The position numbers and the translations under genes are program-made. The notes beneath the pieces are model-generated. The model saw nothing but the letters and a program-made list of their open reading frames with translations. It made no database searches and was not told the DNA's origin. From Bacillota bacterium (lineage in GTDB: Bacteria > Bacillota > Dethiobacteria > DTU022), in contig JAAZLS010000078.1 in the NCBI GenBank assembly GCA_012799185.1, forward strand, positions 2,849 to 66,848: 64,000 nucleotides of DNA. Reading direction: 5' to 3'. Positions 22,657 through 30,993 of the stretch are shown piece by piece. Position 1 is the stretch's first letter. Each line of letters opens with the position of its first letter.

Positions 22657-23712
22657 ATGGCTAATGGATGCCAGTTTTGGAAGGACTATGATTCCATCGG
22701 AGGCGCTGTCTCTTACTGTGAGCTGGCAGCTTTTAACCGCCCGGTTAACCCGGATTTTTTAGAACGGATCGGTTGCACAGCAGATAAAAGGAGGCAATGC
22801 TTGGGGGCAATGGAGCTAAATATCGGTACGGGGGCGGTCCCTACCCCCAAAGCCCCGGTATCTTGCGATCCCCCTCCCGAAATTGCCCGGACCTGCGTAG
22901 CCGTGGCTACCAACAAGGCATCTACCGGCGCCCCGGCGCTACAGGTATTATCCCTTCTGGCCGGGGCCTATATCGCCATGGGAGCGATCATGTTTACCAT
23001 TATCACCAATGATATCTCTTCAATCGTCGGTGATGGGCTCACCCGATTAATCGGCGGTATTGCATTCTCCCTGGGACTGATCCTAGTCGTCCTGGGGGGG
23101 GCGGAGCTCTTTACCGGAAACAACCTGCTGGTCACAGGATATCTAGAGAAAAAAGTGACCCTTAAACAGGTCTTATCCAACTGGGGTTGGGTGTACAGTT
23201 TCAACTTTATTGGTTCGCTGCTGTTGGCAGTCCTATTCTTTTATTCCGGTATCTGGAAAGCCAATGGGGGGGCAATCGGTCTAAGGGCGATCAATATCGC
23301 CTTTGCCAAGAGCTCTTTAACCTGGACTGAGGCCCTATTTAGAGGGATTCTCTGCAACTGGCTGGTCTGCCTGGCCGTCTGGCTATCCTTCGCCAGCAAG
23401 GATGCCATCGGTAAAATTGTTGGAATCATGATCCCCATCGCCGCCTTCGTAGCAGCCGGTTTTGAACACTCCGTGGCCAACATGTACTTTGTTCCGATGG
23501 GCATGTTTCTGAAAGGCCAGGCTTTTTTTGAAACCCTTCTCTCCCCGGCGATCCTGGAGGGATTGACCTGGCAGGCGTTCTTTATAAACAACCTGATTCC
23601 GGTTACCATCGGCAATTTGATCGGGGGAGTTCTATTTGTAGGCGTTTTTTATTGGAACGCTTACCTGCGCCCGGCCGCCCCCGGAAGAATGATTGCCAAC
23701 GGCCGGCTCTAG
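22657..23712 (+). CDS. FocA-like formate/nitrite transporter (FNT) family channel with ~90-aa N-terminal four-cysteine domain
   Basis: The C-terminal ~250 aa are unmistakably FNT (GAELFTGNNL, GILCNWLVCLAVWLSFASK, AAFVAAGFEHSVANMYFVPMG with the conserved His). AAAGGAGG RBS 7 nt before ATG 22657. The N-terminal 90 aa carry 4 Cys (C-x15-C-x18-C-x7-C) and are paralogous to the next gene. Confidence 0.85.
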   Translation: MANGCQFWKDYDSIGGAVSYCELAAFNRPVNPDFLERIGCTADKRRQCLGAMELNIGTGAVPTPKAPVSCDPPPEIARTCVAVATNKASTGAPALQVLSLLAGAYIAMGAIMFTIITNDISSIVGDGLTRLIGGIAFSLGLILVVLGGAELFTGNNLLVTGYLEKKVTLKQVLSNWGWVYSFNFIGSLLLAVLFFYSGIWKANGGAIGLRAINIAFAKSSLTWTEALFRGILCNWLVCLAVWLSFASKDAIGKIVGIMIPIAAFVAAGFEHSVANMYFVPMGMFLKGQAFFETLLSPAILEGLTWQAFFINNLIPVTIGNLIGGVLFVGVFYWNAYLRPAAPGRMIANGRL

Positions 23713-23744
23713 TCCTCTAGCATTTTTCAAAAGGAGGTAACCTG

Positions 23745-23972
23745 ATGGAGAAACTAGTAAAATGTAAGTACTGGAAGGAGTACCTGGGATTAAACGGGTG
23801 GGTCATGTTCTGCAGCGCCGGTGCCTTTGACCAGATTTTTACCCGCGAAGAGGCGGAAAAAATTGGCTGCACCGACCGGCAAAGGGCCAAGTGCCACCAT
23901 ATCATGGAGAGCAACCTGGGATTTGGCCTAGTCCCCGGGATCAAGGAGGCCATCGTTGAGGAGGCCAAGTAA
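23745..23972 (+). CDS. Small four-cysteine protein, paralog of the FNT N-terminal domain
   Basis: 75 aa, AAGGAGG RBS. Aligns without gaps to residues ~4-62 of the upstream FNT protein (CxxWK[DE]Y...G.V..C...AF.........E.IGCT....R..C...ME.N.G.G.VP), about 40% identity with all four Cys conserved. Confidence 0.6.
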   Translation: MEKLVKCKYWKEYLGLNGWVMFCSAGAFDQIFTREEAEKIGCTDRQRAKCHHIMESNLGFGLVPGIKEAIVEEAK

Positions 23973-24015
23973 CAGTTACCGGGCCGGGGACCCGCCGCCC
24001 GGGAAGAGATCGCCT

Positions 24016-24059
24016 AAAAAATCGGCCCCTACCCAATAACAGGGGGGTGCCGATTTTTT
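24016..24059 (+). terminator. Intrinsic terminator after the small Cys4 gene
   Basis: AAAAATCGGCCCCtacccaataacaGGGGGGTGCCGATTTTTTAC. GC stem with T-run. Confidence 0.55.
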
Positions 24060-24162
24060 ACAATAAAATAAATTGAGAAAAGGAGGAATCTGGGCCACAA
24101 TTACAGAATAAGCTACTGCCGGGCAACGCCTATTTTCCGATAGGAGGTCGGGTCTATTAGGG

Positions 24163-25311
24163 ATGTATATCAGTAAATTTGTATCCCCGGAAATTATATT
24201 TGGTAAGGGCTCCCTTAACCAGATAGGAGAGTGCTGCTTCCGGCTGGGGGCAACCAAGGTCTTTTTAGTAGCCGACCGGGGAATTATTGATTGCGGCTGG
24301 GTGGAGAAAGCCCTCCCCTACCTGGAAAACAGCCGCCTCCAATATTACACCTGGTCTAATTTTTCAGCCAACCCCAGGGATTTTGAGGTGGAAAAAGGGG
24401 CGCTCTTATATTCGGAAGAGGGATGCGATGCGGTACTGGCCATTGGTGGAGGAAGCGCCATCGACGCCGCCAAGGCCGTGGCTACCCTGGCTAGCAATGG
24501 AGGCCGGATCCAAGAGTACGAGGGGATAGACCTGATTACAAAGCCGTTACCCCCAATTATCGCCGTTCCCTCTACCGCCGGTTCCGGCTCCGAGGTATCC
24601 CAATTCTCCATCATTGCCGATAGTAAACGGAAGATTAAAATGACTATAATATCTAAATCCCTGGTTCCCGATATCGCCATCTCCGATCCGATCATCCTTT
24701 CTACCGTCAATAGCCGGTTGACCGCCCATACCGGGATGGAAGCCTTAAGCCATGCGATCGAGGCGTTTGTCTCCCTGGCTTCAACCGACCTCACCGATGT
24801 TCATGCCCTCCATGCGATTAAACTTATTGCCGGCAACCTGAGAGCCTCCGTAGCCAGCCAGGTTAATGAGGGGGCCAAGGTGGCCATGGCCAAGGCCAGC
24901 CTTCAAGCCGGACTAGCCTTTTCAAATGCTGTGCTAGGACTGGCCCATGCCATGTCCCACCAGGTGGGGGGCCTGCTAGATCTACCGATTGGCGAAACCA
25001 GCGCTATCTTACTGCCAGCGGTAATGCGCTTTAACCTTATCTCCTCCATCGATAAGTTTGCAGAGGTCTGCCGAGCCATGGGGATAAAGGATAACCAGAT
25101 GACCAATCGCCAGGCCGCCGAAAAAACTATCGATATGGTTCAACAGCTGGCCGAAGATGTGGGAATACCACCCGGCCTATCCCAGCTAGGTCTTTCGGAG
25201 GAGGTTATACCGGAACTAAGCCGGAACGCGATTAAGGATGCCTGTTTTATTACCAACCCCCGAGATGCCACGGTAGAAGATATCATGGAAATATTTCACC
25301 GGGCCTTTTAA
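24163..25311 (+). CDS. Iron-containing (group III) alcohol dehydrogenase
   Basis: GGGSAIDAAKA NAD-binding motif and the metal-binding His cluster (HAMSHQVGG). 382 aa, similar to 1,3-propanediol dehydrogenase and lactaldehyde reductase. Confidence 0.9.
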   Translation: MYISKFVSPEIIFGKGSLNQIGECCFRLGATKVFLVADRGIIDCGWVEKALPYLENSRLQYYTWSNFSANPRDFEVEKGALLYSEEGCDAVLAIGGGSAIDAAKAVATLASNGGRIQEYEGIDLITKPLPPIIAVPSTAGSGSEVSQFSIIADSKRKIKMTIISKSLVPDIAISDPIILSTVNSRLTAHTGMEALSHAIEAFVSLASTDLTDVHALHAIKLIAGNLRASVASQVNEGAKVAMAKASLQAGLAFSNAVLGLAHAMSHQVGGLLDLPIGETSAILLPAVMRFNLISSIDKFAEVCRAMGIKDNQMTNRQAAEKTIDMVQQLAEDVGIPPGLSQLGLSEEVIPELSRNAIKDACFITNPRDATVEDIMEIFHRAF

Positions 25312-25344
25312 CCGGTAAGCAGCGCGAAAAGGAAGCGATGAAGA

Positions 25345-27084
25345 ATGATTATTTCCAACAAAAAAGAGCTCATAGAGAAATTAACCGGTATTCATAGCTC
25401 TAAAAAATCCTACTATGTAGAACTTAAGAAAAAAATATCAGAGATCACCAGGCAAAATTTACAGCTGGATATTATTAACCAGCTTACCAGAAGTATCGGG
25501 GTCGATATGACCCTGGAACAGATCCTTAGAAATATTATTCCCCGCCTCCAGATCTTAATCTCCTTTGACTTGCTAAATTTATACATAATTGAACAGGATC
25601 GGCTGGCCGATCAGTCGACATTTTTGGTGGAGGACAATCATGATAACGGCGGAGCTACCATTAAGTACAGCCAACAGAGAAAGCACCCGGAGTTAAAGAA
25701 GCGCCGGCTCAGCACCGCCTTAAAGGAGGCTGTGGCCAAGAAAAAGCCGCTTCTCCGACAGCGCCGGAAAGAGGAAGATCCCGGAGAGGGGGAACAGGCA
25801 GGCCCCCCGGGAATTGTCTCCACCATCCTTATCCCGCTAACGGTAAAAAACAAGACCATTGGGGTCCTAGAACTGGCCAGCAAGTCCAATTTTCATGAAC
25901 GGGAGCTCCCCTTTTTATCCCAGGTTGCCGACCAGCTGGCGGTCTGCCTGGAAAATGTCCGTCTCTATAAAGAGGTGTGGCAACATAAGCAGGAATGGGA
26001 GACCACCTTCTCAGCTGTAACCGATCTCTTAATGTTTATTGATAACAACCATGAAATATCTAGGATTAATCGGGCTGCCCAGGAGTTCTTTGCCCGTCGG
26101 GAAAAAGATATTTTAGGTCAAAAATGCTACCGTCTGCTCTACGGCCGTGAGACAAAATGCAATCCCTGCCTGGCAGACCAGGTAATAAAATCCGGGCAGA
26201 CAGCCTACTTACAGTCGAGGACCCGCTACCATCGGGTGCTGGATATCTTTGCCTACCCGGCTTACACCGAGCGCAATGCTCCGCTGGGGGTAACCTATTA
26301 TGCCAAGGATGTAACCCGGTTTGTCGATTCAATAAAATTTGTATCCTTGGGGGAGATGTCGGCCGGGGTGTCCCATGAGCTAAATAGCCCCCTTACCGCC
26401 ATTGTTGGCAACTCCCAGTTGCTGCTTCGCGAGACCCCTTCCACCAGTCCCCACTACCAGCTAATTAAAGATATTAAATCCTGCGGGATGCGCTGCCAGC
26501 GGATAATCCAAAACCTGTTGACCTTCTCCCGCCAGGACGAATATTCATTTGAGGAGATTAACCTGAACCGGGTCGTAGAACAGGCCCTCTCCCTGGTCGC
26601 CTACCAGATAGAAAAAAATAAAATTAAAATATCTAAAAAACTGTACCCCTCTCTCCCCCCGGTGCTGGGCAATGCCCAGGGGCTGGAACAGATCGTGATC
26701 AATTTGATGCTAAACGCCAAAGATGCCATCGATGCCCAGGTTACGGGGAACGGTAATGGGAAAAAAGGGTTAATTGACATTAAAACCCGGGTCCAGCCGG
26801 ATAAATTTGTAGCGGTCGATATCATTGATACGGGCTGCGGCATTGACCCCTCCTCTATCCCCCATGTATTTAATCCTTTCTATACCACCAAGCGCACCGG
26901 GCAGGGGACCGGGCTGGGTCTCTCCGTAAGCTTGGGTATCGCCCAGGCACACCGGGGCTTTATCGATGTCGACAGTGTTCCCGGTAAGGGCAGCCGATTT
27001 AGCCTGATTATTCCCCTGGATGAACCGGAAACAGGAGAGGAGGAAGCGGTCGGTAAGGCCGCCGGGGGAGGTGAAGAAAAATGA
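25345..27084 (+). CDS. Cytoplasmic sensor histidine kinase (GAF-PAS-HisKA-HATPase)
   Basis: No TM segments. GAF-like region (ILIPLTVKNKTIGVLELAS...), PAS with Cys cluster (CYRLLYGRETKCNPC), H-box GEMSAGVSHELNSPLTAI, G-boxes DTGCGI and GTGLGLSVS. Confidence 0.85.
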   Translation: MIISNKKELIEKLTGIHSSKKSYYVELKKKISEITRQNLQLDIINQLTRSIGVDMTLEQILRNIIPRLQILISFDLLNLYIIEQDRLADQSTFLVEDNHDNGGATIKYSQQRKHPELKKRRLSTALKEAVAKKKPLLRQRRKEEDPGEGEQAGPPGIVSTILIPLTVKNKTIGVLELASKSNFHERELPFLSQVADQLAVCLENVRLYKEVWQHKQEWETTFSAVTDLLMFIDNNHEISRINRAAQEFFARREKDILGQKCYRLLYGRETKCNPCLADQVIKSGQTAYLQSRTRYHRVLDIFAYPAYTERNAPLGVTYYAKDVTRFVDSIKFVSLGEMSAGVSHELNSPLTAIVGNSQLLLRETPSTSPHYQLIKDIKSCGMRCQRIIQNLLTFSRQDEYSFEEINLNRVVEQALSLVAYQIEKNKIKISKKLYPSLPPVLGNAQGLEQIVINLMLNAKDAIDAQVTGNGNGKKGLIDIKTRVQPDKFVAVDIIDTGCGIDPSSIPHVFNPFYTTKRTGQGTGLGLSVSLGIAQAHRGFIDVDSVPGKGSRFSLIIPLDEPETGEEEAVGKAAGGGEEK

Positions 27085-28544
27085 TGACAAAGGCCCAATT
27101 TTTAGTGGTGGACGATGAACCGGAGGTCTGTAATTTTTTTGCATACCTGCTCAAAAGCAGGGGCGGCCGGGTAGAGACCGCCCATACGGGGAGAGAGGCC
27201 TACGCCCGGTTGAATCGTTTCAAATTTAATGTGGCCCTAGTTGATCTTAAGCTTCCCGACAGCGACGGCCTACAGATACTCAAAAAGATAAAAGAAAAAC
27301 AGCCGGAGTGCGAGGTCATCATCATTACCGGCTACTCCACGGTGAAATCGGCGGTAGAGGCGATACAGCTGGGTGCTTTCGATTACGTGGAGAAACCCTT
27401 TGCCGACATCGAAGAGATGGAAGATTTAATTAAAAAGGCGCTGAAGGCCCGGCAAGAGGTCGACAGGCTAAGCTCCCAGGAGGAGTACGGGTTTGTAGTC
27501 GGCCGTAATCCTAAAATGATCAGCCTGGTTACAGCCGCCCGCAAGATCGCCAAAAAGAATATCACCGTCCTGATCCAGGGCGAAACCGGTACCGGCAAAG
27601 AGGTCCTGGCCCGTTATATCCATGCAGTAAGCCACCGTAGCGATCGCCCCTTTTTGGGATTCAACTGCGGGGCATTTACAGAAACCCTCCTGGAAAGTGA
27701 ACTCTTTGGCCATGAAAAGGGGGCTTTCACCGGGGCCACCAGTAAAAAAAAGGGGATCTTTGAACTGGCGCATAAGGGAACCCTGTTCCTGGATGAGATC
27801 GACTCCGCCTCCCCGGCGATCCAGATAAAATTACTACGGATCCTGGAAACCGGGGAGCTATTGCGAGTCGGAGGGGAGGAGATCAGCAAGGTAGATGTGC
27901 GAGTAATCACTGCTACCAATGCGGACCTGGCCTGCAAGGTTGAAAATCGGACGTTCCGCGAGGACCTGTTCTATCGCCTGGATGTAGCCTCCCTGGTCAT
28001 TCCACCGCTAAGGAGGCGGGCAGAGGATATCCCCCTTTTCGTCCACTATTTCCTCTCCAAGGAGACAGGAGAATCGGAACCGACAAAACAGTTCACCGAT
28101 CAAGCCATGGAACTGCTCGTAAAATATCCCTGGCCCGGCAATATCCGGGAGCTGGCAAATACTGTCGCCCAGTCGGTACTATTGGCCAAGGGGCCCCGGA
28201 TCACGGTCTCGGACCTGCCGCCCAAGATGCAACCGCCCCGGGAAAAAGAACCGGAACAATCCGTCGTAGAGCTACCCAAAGAGCCGGAACGTTGGCCGGA
28301 CCACCCCCACCAACAAGAGCTGCTACAGCTATCCCGCCGGTGGGAGGAACAGCTGCTAGAGATAGACCTGCGAAAAGGATTCAACTTTACCGGGTTCAAA
28401 GATGATTTTAAACACTGGAACCGGCATCTACTGTTGACAATCGTTAAACAGGCCCTAAAAACCACCTTTGGAAACCAGGTGAAGGCGGCCGAGCTGCTGG
28501 GCATTACCCCCCGGGCACTGCGCTACTATTTAAAAGAACAGTAG
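27081..28544 (+). CDS. Sigma-54-dependent response regulator (NtrC family enhancer-binding protein)
   Basis: Receiver domain (LVVDDE...VDLKLPDSDG), AAA+ sigma-54 interaction domain (GETGTGKEVLARYIH, ESELFGHEKGAFTGA GAFTGA motif), C-terminal Fis-type HTH (AAELLGITPRALRYYLK). Start overlaps the kinase stop (ATGA). Confidence 0.92.
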   Translation: MMTKAQFLVVDDEPEVCNFFAYLLKSRGGRVETAHTGREAYARLNRFKFNVALVDLKLPDSDGLQILKKIKEKQPECEVIIITGYSTVKSAVEAIQLGAFDYVEKPFADIEEMEDLIKKALKARQEVDRLSSQEEYGFVVGRNPKMISLVTAARKIAKKNITVLIQGETGTGKEVLARYIHAVSHRSDRPFLGFNCGAFTETLLESELFGHEKGAFTGATSKKKGIFELAHKGTLFLDEIDSASPAIQIKLLRILETGELLRVGGEEISKVDVRVITATNADLACKVENRTFREDLFYRLDVASLVIPPLRRRAEDIPLFVHYFLSKETGESEPTKQFTDQAMELLVKYPWPGNIRELANTVAQSVLLAKGPRITVSDLPPKMQPPREKEPEQSVVELPKEPERWPDHPHQQELLQLSRRWEEQLLEIDLRKGFNFTGFKDDFKHWNRHLLLTIVKQALKTTFGNQVKAAELLGITPRALRYYLKEQ

Positions 28545-28566
28545 CCTTAACCCGCCTCACTTCCCT

Positions 28567-29181
28567 CTACCGCCTTAAAAAAGGGTTCGTTTCCCTTTCC
28601 CGGCCAATGGTTGAGCTGGGGCCATGTCCCGGGTAAACCCTGGTTTCGCCAGGTAATACCATTAACCGGGAATGGATACTCTCGATCTGCTGCTCAAACG
28701 AGCCCTCGGGAAAGTCGGTGCGCCCGATGGAGCCGGCAAAGAGGGTATCCCCGGTAAAAACCACGCCGGGCCCGAGAAGGGAGATTCCCCCCTCGGTATG
28801 GCCGGGGGTTTCTAACACCTCCAACCGGAGGGTACCGAGCTCTATTAGATCCCCCTCCTTCACCAGCCAGTCCGGTTCCGGTTGCCTGGCAGTCCCTGTC
28901 GGTAACCGGAAGGAGGGATTTCGGTAAAGGGGCAAATCCTTTTCATGGAGACAAATTAAGGCCCCCGTAGACCCCTTAAGCGCCGAGTTGGCAGAAATAT
29001 GATCCAGGTGGGCATGGGTATTAATAATATACTTTACCTTTAACTTTAGCCGCCTAATCTCTAACATTATTTTTTTTCCCTCAGAGCCCGGATCGATCAC
29101 CGCCCCCTGGCCGGTCTCCGCACATCCCAACAGGTAGCAATTCGTGTCGAGCATCCCTACTACCAGGGATTTAAGGACCAT
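28567..29181 (-). CDS. MBL-fold metallo-hydrolase (glyoxalase II-like)
   Basis: HxHxDH motif (THAHLDHI), GloB-like N-terminus (LKSLVVGMLDTNCYLL). About 205 aa. Confidence 0.8.
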   Translation of the reverse strand: MVLKSLVVGMLDTNCYLLGCAETGQGAVIDPGSEGKKIMLEIRRLKLKVKYIINTHAHLDHISANSALKGSTGALICLHEKDLPLYRNPSFRLPTGTARQPEPDWLVKEGDLIELGTLRLEVLETPGHTEGGISLLGPGVVFTGDTLFAGSIGRTDFPEGSFEQQIESIHSRLMVLPGETRVYPGHGPSSTIGRERETNPFLRR

Positions 29182-29198
29182 TGCGCCGCTTCCTCCCA

Positions 29199-30320
29199 TC
29201 ATTTTGTATCTCCCAGTTCTACTGTAACCGTAACCGGGGTACCCCCCCTGTTTACCGTTATATCAATTCTTTCACCGGGATAGTAGTTCAACAGCGAGTC
29301 AAAGAGCTGGGCAGAGTAGTTTACCTCCCGCCCCTCCACCTTTACAATAACATCGCCCTCTTTTAATCCCCCGGCCTCGGCCGGGCTCCCTGCAAATACC
29401 TCGACCACGTAGACCCCTAAATCGGAGGGCATCCGCGTCTGCAGGGCATAATCTCTCACGGTTATGCCCAGTTGAGGCCGCTTGACCCGGCCGTAATCCC
29501 GCAGATCTTTGACCACCCGTTTTGCCGTATTGCTGGGAATGGCAAAACCGATCCCCTCGACGCCTACATCTTTGATCTTGGCCGAGTTGATTCCAATGAT
29601 CTCCCCCTCCAGGTTAACCAGGGGACCGCCGCTGTTACCGGCATTGATAGCGGCATCGGTCTGGATATAGGTATAAGAATAGTTGCTATCACGGAAGGTT
29701 ACCTGGCGCTCCACCGCACTGATAATTCCCCCGGTAGCAGTCTGCTGGAAATAGCGCAACGGGTTACCGATGGCAATCGCTGTTTCCCCCACTCTGGTCT
29801 TTGAAGAATCCCCCAGGGCCAGGGAGGGCAGTTGCTCCCGCTCGACCTTCAGCAAGGCTAAATCGGTTAACTCATCCTCCCCCACCAGTTCTGCCGTTAG
29901 GATCTCGGCATTTGAGAGGACGACGGCGATCTCATCGGCCCGGTTGACTACATGCTGATTAGTCACAATGTAACCATCGGCAGATATAATCGCCCCCGAT
30001 CCCGAGCCCTGTTCCTGGAGCATTTTTTGCCCTCCCCGGTATAGATAAAGGTAATTATTAACCCCCACCACCGCCGGCTTGGCTTTTTCTACTACCAGTG
30101 CGGCGGCATCACCACCGGATATCTCCACCCGGTTGACCACCGGTGGTGGAAACTCCGGCGTCCCCGGTTCCGTTCTCAGTCCATAATAACCGCTGAAAAA
30201 CCAGAATAGGGCCGCCCCAACAATGCCCCCTAGAACCCCGGTCAGCAACCAGGGTAAGTATGAACCCCGGGGACGGGGAGAATCCCGATACCCTTCATAA
30301 TAATCCATCCCTATTACCAC
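29199..30320 (-). CDS. htrA: HtrA/DegP family serine protease with PDZ domain
   Basis: N-terminal TM segment, catalytic triad region (TNQHVV, GNSGGPLVN), C-terminal PDZ. Confidence 0.9.
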   Translation of the reverse strand: MVIGMDYYEGYRDSPRPRGSYLPWLLTGVLGGIVGAALFWFFSGYYGLRTEPGTPEFPPPVVNRVEISGGDAAALVVEKAKPAVVGVNNYLYLYRGGQKMLQEQGSGSGAIISADGYIVTNQHVVNRADEIAVVLSNAEILTAELVGEDELTDLALLKVEREQLPSLALGDSSKTRVGETAIAIGNPLRYFQQTATGGIISAVERQVTFRDSNYSYTYIQTDAAINAGNSGGPLVNLEGEIIGINSAKIKDVGVEGIGFAIPSNTAKRVVKDLRDYGRVKRPQLGITVRDYALQTRMPSDLGVYVVEVFAGSPAEAGGLKEGDVIVKVEGREVNYSAQLFDSLLNYYPGERIDITVNRGGTPVTVTVELGDTK

Positions 30321-30390
30321 CTCCTAGGCTGAGAGCATCTTTTCTTATCAACATGAGTTTAACCCAACAGGATGGCGTTAGTAAAGATGT

Positions 30391-30993
30391 TTATGACAAA
30401 TGATGACAATCGTTAAAAAACCGCAGTTTAAATAATCTTTCTTCCGGGCGGTACTCCAAAACAGTGCAGGAGGCGGGAGCGGGAGAAAAGGGCCAGGGAT
30501 CCCGGGCCTTTAAACCGAGGCAGGTTGAGATAAAAGCATTGATAAACCGACCGTGGCTAACAAGGAGCACCCGGCCCCGGAGACCGACGGTGGCGAGCAG
30601 GGTGGCGAAAGCGTTCCGGGCCCGGACCATCAGTCGCCGTTTTCTTTCCGCACCGGGGATACCGGCCGGGAGCTGGTGGAGCCCCAACCGGGTATAACGG
30701 GCGACCACCGTCGCTCGGGTCAATCCTTCAATTGTGCCCCAGGAACATTCCCGCAATAGGGGCATCGGCCGGGCCTTAATATTTATTTCCCGGGAAATAA
30801 TGCTGGCCGTTTCCCAGGCCCGTTTTAGATCGCTGCTAAAGAACCAACCGGGGGGTTGGCTGTTTAGGCGCCGGGCCAACCGGATCGATTCCCACCTTCC
30901 CTGTACCGAGAGGGCGGTATTTCGTTGGCCCTGGAAACATTTCTCCAAATTGGCCCGGGTAGTACCGTGGCGAGCCAGCCAAAGTTCCATCAA
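30391..30993 (-). CDS. Histidine phosphatase family protein (phosphoglycerate mutase-like)
   Basis: RHG catalytic motif at the N-terminus (LARHGTTRAN). 200 aa. Confidence 0.8.
   Translation of the reverse strand: MMELWLARHGTTRANLEKCFQGQRNTALSVQGRWESIRLARRLNSQPPGWFFSSDLKRAWETASIISREINIKARPMPLLRECSWGTIEGLTRATVVARYTRLGLHQLPAGIPGAERKRRLMVRARNAFATLLATVGLRGRVLLVSHGRFINAFISTCLGLKARDPWPFSPAPASCTVLEYRPEERLFKLRFFNDCHHLS

Noticed and set aside
24060-24162. Possible second sigma-54 promoter in front of the Fe-alcohol dehydrogenase (CTGGGCCACAATTACAG)
   Set aside because: The GG and GC dinucleotides cannot be placed at the required 10-nt spacing (AC/CA occupies the -12 position). This is more likely a sigma-A promoter (TTGAGA ... 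CACAAT).
28100-28504. 134-aa Ser/Cys-rich ORF on the minus strand
   Set aside because: Antisense to the well-supported sigma-54 activator gene. Low-complexity composition.
28567-29202. MBL-fold hydrolase considered as WalJ (YycJ) because of its position in the walRK-htrA block
   Set aside because: At about 205 aa with the LKSLVVGMLDTNCYLL N-terminus it matches small GloB-type hydrolases rather than the 260-aa YycJ family. It is called generically.
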